Assembly (NCBI GenBank): GCA_951406725.2
Contig: OX597814.1
Span: 57,970,001 to 58,034,000 of the forward strand
Source of the DNA: Octopus vulgaris
Taxonomy: Eukaryota
Direction of reading: 5' to 3'
Length of the DNA stretch: 64,000 nucleotides
A program made the position numbers and the translations under genes. The notes below the pieces were generated by a model. That model was not told the DNA's origin. It did no database searches and saw only the letters and a program-made list of their open reading frames with translations. Numbering within the stretch: position 1 is the first letter of the stretch; every line of letters begins with the position of its first letter. Shown piece by piece: positions 26,285 through 39,350 of this stretch.

Positions 26285-27660
26285 ATATGTTTATCTTTCT
26301 AATGCTATATCTAGATAATGACATCGCCTAAAGCTGTAATATATTAATAATATCGCTAAGCATCAGTCTGCTGACAATGCAATTTCACAAAATTCAGTCA
26401 TCAGTAGATTCTCGTCTAACATTAAATTAGAGTTTCTTGGGCAATTGCTCATCGTGTTCATCATCTTCACTATGTCTGCTATCATTAATCAGAACTTCTT
26501 TCGGTATTTCTTCTTCTGTTAACACTTGATAATCAAAATCACTCATTGTGTCTTCTTGTCAGCTGCTGACGGCAATATGCGTGACATTTGTTTCACCTAT
26601 CCGCCATAATATGCAAGACAAATACCTGAATTCACGTAATTCAATATCATATTCCCGATGCACAGAAGATGCATTTCAAGGTTTGTCTAAATTGGCTATC
26701 TTCAATGCCGTGCATAAAGATGAGAAACTGAATATTGCTGGCTTAAAATTTTTGTTCTTGATGTAATTGTGAGATATGCTTTATCTTCTTGTATCTGGCG
26801 TCATATCGTTATCGTCTGTCATCATGAGCTCCTAATTCCTTCGTTTGTACACTCTGTTCTAACATATAGTTTTAATATCAGCTTTTGGCTTGATCGTCGA
26901 AGTATCACTTGTGGCAAGAACATTCGTATCAACAATTATTATTAACGTGCTTTCTATATTACTAACGGTGCTACCCTGTTGTCTTACGATAATTACTTAC
27001 GTGTTGGAGAAGTAATTTTGTTGGCTAAGTTTACTCATACCTTCACCTCACCAAGAGAAAGTTTTAGTATATTTCATGGCTATTTACACACAGACAAAAT
27101 GAATTTTAGGAAAATAAATATCATTAAAGATACGCTTCTTTAACCACGAATTCTTGAAATGCTAAAAATGTACAGGTAGCAGTTATATTATGGATTTCAA
27201 GTCAAGTGATCCTATCAGGCTCCCTACAATCACTGGCTTTAAAATTAATTCTATCAGCGCTCGCGTTACACCAGGCATAAAAAAAACAAACGTTTCTTCT
27301 GGAATGTTTCTTCAGACACGATGGCTTCATTCTTATGTCTGGGTATTACGGGGTAGTGACAAACAATACAACTTAGCTTCATTTTCATTTTCACTAACGA
27401 AAATTGGATGAACTTTACGCTTCATCAAGTCTTCAAGAACACTTCAGTTAACCTAGGATCGTACGCAGTCTGCTATGAGATAGTAAATTTTTATTACATA
27501 TTCCATGCTCATCTGTAAGTCTCCATAACTCTATCTTATACACTTCGCAGTTTTTGAAACTCAAATGCTTAGCTAGTTTAGATGAAGCCACCTCAACATT
27601 TGTATAATTTGCAACACACATGTGACAACTTACACCTATAACTGATGACTTAGAATTCAC
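26285..27660 (-). pseudogene. Old pogo/Tigger (jerky-like) transposase fossil
   Basis: collinear degenerate motifs: KLAKHL...LWRLTDEHGICNK (CENP-B HTH), ENEAKLYCLSLP (ADETGLFW..LP), LKPVIVG, LPVHF..KNSW, MFLP..TS.IKP, acidic DYQVLTEEEI...SEDDEHDE. Confidence 0.65.
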
Positions 27661-27775
27661 TACAGTATTATATTTTAAAGAAAGAAAGGAAATATATATA
27701 TATAAATTAACAATTGAGGATAAAATCTTTAAAAGAAATTATCAGTAGTCAGCGTGAAAAACCTCGTAAGAGAAA

Positions 27776-27874
<99 letters not shown>

Positions 27875-27925
27875 GTATATATGTATATATATAAATACGT
27901 ATATATGTATATATATAAATACGTA

Positions 27926-27969
<44 letters not shown>

Positions 27970-27972
<3 letters not shown>

Positions 27973-28310
27973 TTCAGTCTTAGACTGAGGTCGCACTAGA
28001 GCAATGCCTTGGAGAGGGGTTTAGTCAAACAAATCGGCCTTGGTTCTTTTTGCTGAACCACTTGATTACAGGAACGTAAACAATACAACGTCGGTTGTCA
28101 GGCGCTGGTGTGATACAAACATTTAACACAAAGACACACACATACACGGTGGACTTTTTCAATTCCGTCTTCCAAATCCGTAGATCCACTGACAATGGTT
28201 TTGGTTGGCCCAAGCTATATAACTTTAACTCAATATGACATGCAGTCGTGATGAACTAAGAGCTATGTTTATTGGGAAGCAAAACTCTTACCACACAGCT
28301 GTGTCTGCGC
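27970..28310 (-). mobile_element. SINE family B (diverged)
   Basis: 'ttcttttgctgaaccactt...ggaacgtaaacaatacaacgtcggttgtca...cttaccacacagc'. Confidence 0.75.
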
Positions 28311-29142
28311 CTATATATAATATAAATATCTACTAATATAAATATCTATATATCTATACATCTGAAAATTTCCACCTTTTACTTTCTCTCGTTTTGCACG
28401 TATTTTGTATTTGATGTTTTTAATATACATAATTGCACCCCCTCTCTCTGTCTCTGTTTCTTTCTCTCTCTCTGTATATATATGTATAAACATAATGTAT
28501 GTGGGTGAGAGGAGTGTATGTGTGTACATATAAGTAAGTATGTATTCATGTACATATGCATCTCTACATACATCCATACATGTATAATGAAAATAGTAGT
28601 ATATGATAAAGAATCATCAGTCGTTGCCTAATGATTGAAGAATTATTCAATGTGCAAAGTATTTGATTCGATTTCATATATTAGAACATTGATGGTGAGA
28701 TGTGTTTCACCAACATGAAGTATGTTCTCATTTTGTAAGGGAGAAAAATACGTAAATTATATTTGTTATCACCACATCCAAAAACAAAATTTAACCGATT
28801 TATATAGCATAAATATCCCATTAACGTTTGATAATATTTAAATGAGGAATGAATTAAAATAGCAGCAACTCATAAAGATTGCAAATATTTTAACTGAAGT
28901 ACGTTGTGTACTAATATGTTTATTTGACGTTTTTACGGACAAATTGGATAAGGTCTGAATGTGCATACACACACGCGCGCGCGCGCGTATATATAGCACA
29001 AAGACCTCGAACCCTCAAGAGTAAACAAGAGAGACAGAGACAGGCAGAAACAAGGAAAATGCCACTTGTATTTGAACACTATACAAATATTCTTTTAAAA
29101 AAGCTTTTCTTATAATTTTTCAAAATTTAATTATTTATGTTA

Positions 29143-29178
29143 CAGTTGAAAAAGTCTCAATGACTGAAACCGGTACTG
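29143..29178 (+). ncRNA. Minimal type-I hammerhead-like motif (mutated core) in a PLE-end-like fragment
   Basis: cag-TTGAAAA-agtc(tcaat)gact-GAAA-CCGG-TA-ctg; stems I and II intact, palindromic stem III. Confidence 0.55.
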
Positions 29179-29265
29179 AAATGTTTTTTATAAAATTATT
29201 TTAGCATTTTCTATCTTGACATTTTTTCCCCATATATATCAACTCGTGTGTTCCTTTTCATCTTT

Positions 29266-29339
<74 letters not shown>

Positions 29340-29341
<2 letters not shown>

Positions 29342-29525
29342 CCAAATGAGAAATAAAAGCAAAAACAGGAAAAACAACAAAAGTTGAAGGGATGTACTTA
29401 GTTAATGTAGTAGGGTGACGCTCACAGCAGCTTTAACTTTGTAAAAAGAGAGGAAGTGACGCCTCGAGAATGGCTCTTCGCCAGAGAGAGGAAACAGGAA
29501 AAAGTTCAAACAGAAGTGTGTACCA
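29340..29525 (-). mobile_element. PLE terminal-repeat fragment with decayed HHR
   Basis: minus 'ctctggcgaagagccattctcgaggcgtca' resembles CTGACGA-agag..ctc-GAAACGTC; similar to 46930-47125. Confidence 0.45.
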
Positions 29526-29585
29526 CACAGCCACGCTTGCGCGCATATACATACATACATACATACATACATACATACATACATG

Positions 29586-29641
<56 letters not shown>

Positions 29642-32600
29642 GTAATGATTAAAATATTACAAAATATTTCGGCAAATTTGTCCAGTTGTTCTGTATTCTG
29701 TAGTTCTGATGTCACATATTAATATGAACAACAGGGCAGTAGACTAGTAGTCCTTAAACTTGAGCCCTTGCAGTGATAGAAAGGAGTCGTTCACTAGTTT
29801 AATGCGTGAAGTAGAGAGGAAAATGAACTGGAAAAGAATCGGGAGGGAGAAAGAAAGAAGAGGCAAAGCGTTATAGGAGTTCGACAGACTTCGGTTCTTA
29901 GCCACATTATATTAACGCTAAGGAGACTTTTGAATCAACCTGTATATCATTAATTATTTGAGCAAGGATTGATCCCTTGGTGATCATTGACTACGGACAA
30001 TTTCTTTTCAGGTCTGATTTCCTCTGTTACCTTTTCAATTTCGTTATTTATAATCTTTACTCCCGCGAATGGTTTTGAATCATTTTCAGCTTCGTTTTGT
30101 TTCAATGATCGTTAGTGTACTTTCCCTTTCACGGTTGGACGCATTGAGATAATTTGTATGACAATCTTAAATGATCCTTGCAATTCGTTTGTGCGTATAC
30201 CGCTATCATCAAATTTGGTTGGCTAGTGAAGCTAACATTGTGAAATACGATTATTCTGCAGACGGTTAATCCAAGACGCCCTGAGGATTTGTCAAAGGCT
30301 TCCCATCTGCAAGGCATCCATCCAATTTAACCAAATTACTCTGGAATAATGTCTTGATTTGGTTCATACATTGCAGAAAATACAGCTGATCGATAAATGC
30401 GGATTTTGGTGTGTAATGAAATACTTGCTTTTAAAATAATATTTATTGAAAGAAAGTATGACAAATAAATAGTATACAGAAAAAGAAGTGAAAACAGACA
30501 TAGGTATTTGTATTTAGAACATAGTTACACTTGGTTCCTTCCTTATAGATCAATAGATATTCGTCCTATCTCCAAAGAGCTAATCAATGGAACTCTAAGG
30601 GAATAGATAATACAAGCATAAAGAACGTAGTTAAATTTGTAATTCGATTAACGGACTGCATAGATTCATATAGCCATTCTCATCCCCATTAGCAGCGGAA
30701 GTGAAACATTATTCTCTATGATAAGAATATTACTTCACTGCAGATTTTTACATTCTAGAAATCTAATAAAGATATACAACAGCTAGTCCACATAAAGTTA
30801 AGAGTACTGTATAGAAAGAAGACAAAATATAATAGTAAACGAGAGCTCAGACACTGGCTTAGTTAACTAATTCCTATCTAATACCTTCAAGCATATCTTA
30901 TGTGAGAAAATTTACAATCAAATTTCCCAAAGTCAAATCTTGTCATATATCAAAAGATAATGACTGCAAAACCTAATTATAAAATGTTATAAAATAATAT
31001 ACAGTGCATTTATAATTTTGATAGACACGCGGTTCATCTTACAAAAAAAAAAGAAAAAGAAAATAGAGCTTGCTTGAGTAAAGTTTATTACTGGTACTTC
31101 CAGAAGAACGGCAAAATCAATTAAAGGTCACCCAGTTTATTTGTTTCCTTCTGATAGTGAAGATATTAACCATCAGCAGGCAATAGCTTCTCGAAAAAGA
31201 GCCTTCTGTTATTTAGTTAGGAAAGTTCTGTTCAACTTCTGCATAAGTGGAGTTTGCCTTTCGTCTTTTAGGACTTCATAAAATAAAGGCCCAATGAAAA
31301 CTTCCCGTCCATTTAGTTAATTCACTTATTTCCTCAAATTTTTGGCACTGAGCCTGTTTTAGGTAACTGGTGTAGTTTATTTTTAGCTTAGAAGATTTGC
31401 TAATTGATGTGTTTTAATTGGAGAGTGAAATCTTTTGGAAAAAGAAGTAATCTAAACGAGCTTCGTACTGCGACACAATAGAGGGAAGAGACACACAACA
31501 AAAGGAAAAGCAAAAAAAAAAAAAAAAGACAAAGCGAGTATACTCCATTTCTTTTGTGAAAGAGATTATAGATAAAATACTAGTCGAGAGAAGTGGGTGG
31601 AAATCATTCAGGAGTAGAAACAGAGATAGTTGGCAATTTAAAAGATTATACTTTATCGATGATTATATTTTGATGAAGGTGACGTTCAAGTTCTTTCCAA
31701 GAACTTTCGGAGTGTTAGTAGGAGTAAGAGTCATAAAATAGGAATGAAAACTATTTATACCATCACAATTTACAAGAAGCTTATCCTTATATATATCACC
31801 GCCATTCAACAACACATAAATATTGAATATAACAATTATCCTATATCAAATCACAAAGACTAGCAGGAAGATTTCTTTAGCCTGAGGTTCCAATATAATC
31901 AGTTTTATAATAATAAATTTTGGTAAACCAAGATTTCAAAGTATTGATGTTTTCGCTTCACCCACATACAGACACACGCATGCCTAACACAAACGCATAC
32001 AACCTAATATAAACACACACACACTACAAAAATAACATGACAAACAATTTATTTCCAAACAAAAAATATATTCTTTACAATGTTGTTACAAAATATATTG
32101 ACACATCCATATAGCTATATAAAAGAACAGGAGTGCGAATAAGAACTTATGCATGCACACCAGCACGTATATCTAATCACATATACATACATCCTCTGTA
32201 CTTATATATCTGTGTAGGCGTGTGTATAGATATCATTGTTATGATTAAGTGTGTCTACTTACATTGGTGCCCGTCTATAATTACGAAATAATAATTATAA
32301 TTATAAGAGACATTTCCCTCAAGGCAGCCTGTTTAATACCTCTTTTGGAATCAAAAATATATCGATGAATACTACTCATACTGTTTGAACATACGAAAGA
32401 TGACATTATAACTCTCACACACATAGATACCTATTTATACATCATTTTAACATCATTCCCGTATATACATACATATATACATAAACACAAACCCACATAT
32501 ATGCAGCCTATGTATTTATGTATGCATGTGTGTATACAGACAATTATACGATATACGAATAAACGAATAAAACTGCTTAGGTTTGATATAAAAAATATAT

Positions 32601-32902
32601 ACATATGCACACATGTAAACAGAGAGAAAGGAGAGACTGAAAATTCAAGTATATTGATATTTATGAATGGGTGATGCAAATTTCCTGGCTTTAAGGGTAT
32701 CGTGAAAGGCCTCTTTGTAGGCCCATCCTTCCGAGTTCTTTTATAGGGTTTAGAAAAACTGAAGGAAAGCTGCAATAAGTGTGTGAATCTGAGAGGGAAA
32801 TATGTTGGATAAAATCATAATTAACTGATCCTTCTGTGTTTTTCTTACCCAATGTAAAGTACGTTTCAGTACCCCATCGTATATATTGATAGAAAAAACT
32901 AA

Positions 32903-33368
32903 CACAGTGTACAAACGACAGAGAAAATTTATAGAGGAGAAGGTATGGTGTTATAAGTGTGACTGCTGATTCTGAGGGCTTGGAGATCTCCCATAATGTT
33001 GGCAGTTGTAGTTCACTAGAGTATGCAACCAACAATGGAAGTAAATAGATATTGGGTGAATCCAGCCTCCATCTATAGGGTATACATGAATCTGACATGG
33101 AAAGAAGTTTAAAGGTGTAATTAGAAGTTCAAATGTGATTACACCTTCAAAGTCTCTACATCATGATCTGGAACGTTAGAATTTTTGCTACTCTGAAGAC
33201 CAAGGCTGGATTCATCCAATGTTTATTTGCTTCTATTCCTGGTTGCATACTCTGGCGAACTACATCTACCAACATTATGAAGGGTCTCCATGCCGCCAGA
33301 AACAGCTGTCGGACTTATAACATCATATCTTTTCCCCACTTAATTTTATCTGTCGTCTGTGCTCTGTG
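32903..33368. repeat. ~465-bp imperfect foldback with HHR-like remnant in the arms
   Basis: 32903-33068 is the reverse complement of 33203-33368, and pairing continues inward ('aaggtgtaatt'/'gattacacctt'); right arm has 'ttatga...GAAACAGCTGTC'. Confidence 0.75.
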
Positions 33369-33442
33369 TAAGTTAATATATATTTATATGCGAATATTCA
33401 TCGCCTGTAAGTTTTCAGTCTTTGCTTTCTCACTATTTACAA

Positions 33443-33531
<89 letters not shown>

Positions 33532-33538
<7 letters not shown>

Positions 33539-34191
33539 ATGAGGGTGTCTGAGAGACACCACCATGCCGGAATAGCAGTCGAAACTCTGACTATAAAAAC
33601 CACGTTAAATGTTCATATCGTACCATGAGATAAGACAGAGGGACAAAATAGACAAGCAAAAGTTATTGAATAATTCAAGATCCACGATTTCTGGTTTTGC
33701 TTTAAATAAGCTTTACCGTCATCGGTTGAATATATCAAGAGTACGTAAATACAGATATATATATGCAGAACAAACGATATACTTACATATACGAACGTCC
33801 ATACCTACATACATATGTACGTATGCACACGGTCAGTTAAATTGCCCGCCAAAACACCCCATAAGCACGATATGGTTAAAATAAACACCGCAGTGAATAT
33901 AATAACGAATTATATAAATTTATAAATGAGGATAATATCGATATTTAAATATCGATATTATCAAGTGGCCAGCATGGGAAAAAATACCGTACAAAGGTAA
34001 TAATTTTTTACAATTAAAAATGAGGGTGTCTGGGGTGTTTTGGCGGGCAATTTAACTGGCCGTGTGCATACGTACATATGTATGTAGGTATGGACGTTCG
34101 TATATGTAAGTATATCGTTTGTTCTGCATATATATATCTGTATTTATGTACTCTTGATATATTCAACCGATGACGGTAAAGCTTATTTAAA
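33532..34191. mobile_element. Second PLE-like mini-element with A-B-C-A-B(inverted) architecture
   Basis: direct repeat 'ttaaaaa(a)tgagggtgtctg' at 33532 and 34014; near-identical inverted arms 33701-33861 / 34031-34191; HHR-like 'ccgatga...gaaa' at 33682-33728 minus. Confidence 0.75.
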
Positions 34192-35632
34192 GGTGGCGAT
34201 CTTGTCTGGCATAAAGGCACCAGGTCTCACCTCTGTATAGCAAGGTGTGAGGACACATACTTTATAGACTGTAAATTTGGAGCATCTCGTCAACTTGCCG
34301 TTTAACAACACTTTTTGAGCTAGTTTGGCGAAGGTCGAAGCTGCTAACTCTATTCTCCTGTTCATCTCCTGATAGAGTGTAAGGCTTTCCATAATTGTTG
34401 AACCAAGGTACGTAAACTCACGGACCACATCGAGTGAGTGGTTGTTGATGGTAATGATGGAGGGGGGGGCGAGACACTTTGGCCCATTACCAAAGAGCTA
34501 CTAGAGCCACGTCATGGGCAACCAGCCTCTCCCAGACGTAAACGCTGCGGACTTTGGTCTTCGCATTGAGCTTCGACAGATTGAATAGTTTACCGTCCGA
34601 CCTTTGCGTATCAAGTGTATAATTCAGCATGAGAGTGAATCAGATGTTGAACAGGACACATCGCTGTTTTACCCCACGTCGAACATCAAAGGGTTCTGAG
34701 GTGGCCTTTATGTACAAATGGAAAGACTCAAGGATGCGAAGCAGTCGAGGAGGACACCCAATCTTCTCAAGAACTTGGAACAACCCATTCCTACACACCG
34801 TGTCGAATGCCTTCGCCGAGTTAATGAATGCAATGTAGAGAGGTTGGTTCTTTTCCCTTGCAACCTCATAAGGGAGAAAAGTCCTATCCATCGTGGCTCA
34901 TCCGGATCTGAAACCAGTTCGAGATCCTGGGTAGATCCTTTCTGCAAGTTTCTGATCTCAGTCGAGAGACACGCGAGCAGATGGCTCCCCGACGACACTG
35001 AGCCGTGACATACTTCTATAGCTGTCACAGTGACTCCTGCTTCCTTTGTTTTTATACAACGTGACAATTTTACTGTCTTTCATATCACTGGATATCTCCC
35101 ATTCCTCCCAGCAATGACACAGGATATGGTGGAGTTGGAGTAGGATGTCTTCTGTCTAACAGTTGATAACTTCAGCTGGTATCCCATCTAGTCCAGGCGT
35201 TTTTCCAGTTGGTAGTGAGTAGAGTGCTTTTTCCAATTCCCCTACGGTTGGTGGTATGTCGAGTTCATCCATGACCGACAAACTTTCTAAGCCCTTCAGC
35301 ATTGTTTCCGAAATGGAGTAACTCGGAGTAATGCTCCACCAATCTCTCCATTTGCTTCAGCTGGTCTGTGATAGTCTATTCATCTTTAGTTTTCAGCGGC
35401 GCTAGCTTGCATTATGCCGGTCCTATTGCTTCGTTTATTCCGTCGTACATTCCAAGTATGTCCTCCATGACAGACGCTAGTTGGATACATCCGCACAGTT
35501 TCAGACAGTATTCGTTGGTGCAGCGTCTAGCCATTCGTTGAGACTTCTTTCTGGCTGTCCGTATGGCTGGCAGTAACTCTCGAGTCGGGCGCTGTTTGTG
35601 CTTGATTAGAGATTCCCGTTTTGCTGCTAGAA
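34192..35632 (-). mobile_element. RTE/BovB-like LINE ORF2, degenerate
   Basis: REKNQPLYIAFINSAKAFDTVCRNGLFQVLEKIGCPPRLL...RRGVKQRCVL; VREFTYLGSTI...RIELAASTFAKL; GKTPGLDGIPAE. Confidence 0.9.
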
Positions 35633-37884
35633 TGTATGTATGTATGTATGTATGTTCGTGTGTGTAAGTGTGTACGTGTGCGTGTAATATCAGTACATCG
35701 TCATCGCCAATCGTAATCGGCGGGTTGTACTGATATTTACGATTACAAAAGAGTCAAATATATTACTGATAGAAAATTATTCAGGGACGTCATCTGAGAG
35801 GTGAAACTGGAAGTAGTCGTGTTAGGATTCTTTTTCCTTATTATAATCAGCGTCATTAAGTTACATAGAAATAAATATGCGTTGAAGAAAGACAATATAA
35901 TTCAATGACTAATATAGTTTGAACATAATTTTAATCCGCCAATTGTTTCAGTCAATTCTAAACATATTAAGTAATATGTTCTTATGTTTTTTTAATTGAA
36001 TTACGGTAAATGCAAGCCAACGAATGTTCAATACTATATATCTTTTCAGTAATTTTCTCAAAACTACTTCAGTAAGTACATTAAGTTCATAATTTACTAA
36101 GAAGGTCTAATATGATTGAAACTACTCCCGTACGCTTTAGAATAATTAAAATATTAGTAATTGACTAGTAGTAAAAATTACTACTCACGATTCTTTTGAA
36201 CTGATTTTTCAATGCTAATTGAATTCTATATTATAAAACTAACTTAACTATTTCCTAATGAATAAAGTCTTTAAATGTTTCATCTTGCTTGGAGTATATA
36301 TACCGGATTTGAAATAAAAAGGAAATGAATTTAGTTAGTGTTGACGGCCACGAATCTCTTGACAAACCATGTATACGTGCAAATAATTCCGAAAGTACAG
36401 TAAATTGTATTACTGCAGAAAAGAAGAGTTGAGTGTTTTGGGCTGTGATTTCATACAGTTTGAATCGATGCTTTAAAATGCGACAATCTGTTTCTAAATA
36501 GGACACCGTGTTTAGGTTTCCATAAACGTGACGTTGGAATCGTGTATGTGTGTTAATCTTGACAAAACACAGTCTGAAACCGCTAACTAAACAATAATTG
36601 CTTGAAAGTACTGCCAGTTAGGAAAATATGATGTTTATCTGATGCAAATAAAGTCTTTTATATGCATCGCTTTTATAGAAAATCAGTCAAACAACCTTAT
36701 CAAATTTATTTTTTAAAATATACAAAGAGATAGTTTTGTTTCAGCTACTTTAAAACAAAAAGTGCTGATTTAGTTTGATTGGTTTTATGAAGTCTTATTT
36801 GCTTTTATAACATATGAAAATATTTCGACTATTTTTGTTACCATTTCTATCAAAATAAACCAGTTGTTCTCATACTGAGAAATCTTTAAAATGTTTTATT
36901 TTATTTAGTAGTTATTAAACAGCCGCAGAACTACAAAGTGGTTGACTCCATTTTAAATACTTGTAGAACGTGAAAATAATATTCACTAGTATTCTTTGTG
37001 AGTAGAAAATATAAAAAAATAATGGCTGAAAACTGTAGAAAAAGTTGTAAAATAAGTTAAATTTAACAAATGTAAGACTGAAACATTTATGAAAAACAAC
37101 CACTATATTTTTAAAGATATATTTTTACAGTCAAGTTATTGAAGTTCAGTTTTGATTTGGTGCAAGAGAACAAAATACGAAAGAAAACAAAAATACATTG
37201 TTCAAATTTCATCTTATGTTTATTCCAGACACGAATTGTAATAAAGAGTCATAGAAAAACGAATTCCCAAATGGTCGTCACTCTTATAGTCTAGTCATTA
37301 TTTACGAACTTTTGGATTAGAACAGTGATACTTTTGAACAAAATACTTTGCATCATATATTTTCTGAGTTACAATACCGTCTAGGTCAAATTCACCTTTC
37401 CTATCATGATTTCGTGATCGATATGATAAAATATCTGACAAGTTGTGAGGTTGACTATTGCTGTCCACAAATTTCTAGACTTGCTGCTTATTAAGCTATA
37501 TTATTTACGAGGGTTTCAAGCGTTATTGCTGCATTTTCTCATTGTTTTATGTATAATTTCCATTACTAGCATAATTAGGAATCATTTCCAAAGTGCACAT
37601 GCGATATATTTATATCTGGATGGGCAGTATTTATGCTAATAATATAAACGTGGAACTGATTTGTCAGATCAGATATTCAGGGCGAGACACAACGTAATTA
37701 ATGTAGATTTATATCTTGTTTACACATTCTGTATTATGGCTATGCTGAACCATTTCTTCAGTAGGTCAGCATCACAAATACGTAGACATTTCATTGGAAA
37801 ATCAGCATGGAGATTTGAACATAAATCAATACATTCTTTGAAGAAAAAGTTTAAATCTTTGTGAAAAGTGTAATAATTCTTTTA

Positions 37885-38027
37885 TATTCTCTTTTATCTT
37901 TTACTTGTTTCAGTCATTAGTCTATGGTCAGGCTGTGGCACCGCCTTGGAGAGTTTTTAGTCGAATGTATCGGTTGTCAAGCGAAGGTGGGAGAACGGAT
38001 ACAGACACAGACAGACACAGACACACA

Positions 38028-38085
<58 letters not shown>

Positions 38086-38245
38086 CATACGAAGGGCTTC
38101 TTTCACTTTCCGTCTACCAAATTCACTCACAATGCTTTGGCTGGGCCGATGCTATAGTAGAAGACACTTGCCGAAGGTTTCACGCAGTGGCACTGAACCC
38201 GGAACCATGTTTTTGGGAAACATGCTTCTTACCAGACAGCCTGCG
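37885..38245 (-). mobile_element. SINE family B
   Basis: tail 'ttacttgtttcagtcatt', (CA)n, 'ctatagtagaagacacttgcc...actgaacccggaaccatgt'. Confidence 0.9.
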
Positions 38246-38281
38246 ATTCTGCGGGATTAAAAAAATTCTCTTATATGAGTG

Positions 38282-38321
<40 letters not shown>

Positions 38322-38431
38322 CACACAGTTGTACCTTTAATTATCGAACACCTCTTATCACGAATAAATCGTGCTTTATATATATATATATATTGTGAAG
38401 CATTGTCGAGTATAACTTTAGAGAATGTAGT

Positions 38432-38757
38432 TGTGTAAAAGCGGACCAATGCAAGAAGGTAAAATTAAACTAGAAAATGAAGAGAAAACAAAACGAAGTT
38501 GCACTTTTACATTGTATTTCTATATTTCGGGGTGAAAACCCTTCTTCAGGATATTCGAAAAAAGCGGTGGTTGGATGGATTTTGTTACTTAGATGTTTAG
38601 CAACAAACTTTCTTTTACCACCGCTTTTCTGAATGCCTGAAGAAAGGGTCTTCAGCCTGAACTATAGAAATACAAGGTAAAATTACATCTTGGTTCTGTT
38701 TCCTCTTCATTTTGTAGTTTATCTTGTACCTTCTTTCACTGTTCTGGCTTTACACAT
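38432..38757. repeat. ~325-bp foldback with HHR-like motif in both arms
   Basis: 38432-38571 pairs with 38617-38757; left arm minus reads c-CTGAAGA-agggttttcacccc-GAAA-tata-g. Confidence 0.75.
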
Positions 38758-38929
38758 CCTTTAAATACATACATACATACATACATACGTACATACATAC
38801 ATACATACATACATACATACATACATACATACTTATATACATACATACATACATACATACATACATAAATACATACATACATACATACATACATACATAC
38901 ATACATACGTACATATATGTGTGTGTGTG

Positions 38930-39350
38930 TTTCCGGAGTCGATGAAAAAAGTACCAGTTTATTACCGAGGTTATTGCAATCGACATTCTCCCTCAACAAA
39001 ATTCTCAGGCCTTCAGTCTATGATATAGACTGGGCTAAGCAGTATTTCGTCTGCTGGTACGTTGTGAGTTCAAATTCCGCCGAGGTCGACTATGCCTATC
39101 ATCCTTTCGGGATCGATTAAATAAGTACCAGTTACGCACTGGGGTCTATGTAATCGACTTAATCCGTTTGTCTGTACTTGTTTGTCCTCTCTGTTTTTTA
39201 GCTCCTTGTGGGTAGTAAAGAAATAGGTATTTCATCTGTCTTTTTGTTTTGAGTTCAGATTCTGCAGAGGTCAATAAAAATGTACCAGTCAACGTAACTG
39301 ACTAGCCCCCACCATCACCCCTCAAAAAATTTCAGGCTTTTTGCATATAG
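38930..39350 (+). mobile_element. Cluster of 2-3 SINE family A copies or fragments
   Basis: 'gagttcaaattccgccgaggtcgactatgcctatcatcctttcgggatcgattaaataagtaccagttacgcactgggg' plus flanking partial copies. Confidence 0.8.

Noticed and set aside
33925-33980. Hairpin motif as a SECIS element or HDV-like ribozyme
   Set aside because: No 3' GA quartet partner for SECIS, and no upstream P1/P2/P3 pseudoknot for HDV
35683-35740. Small hairpin 'gtaatatcagtaca...tgtactgatatttac'
   Set aside because: The stem is too short and interrupted for a miRNA call, and I have no other support
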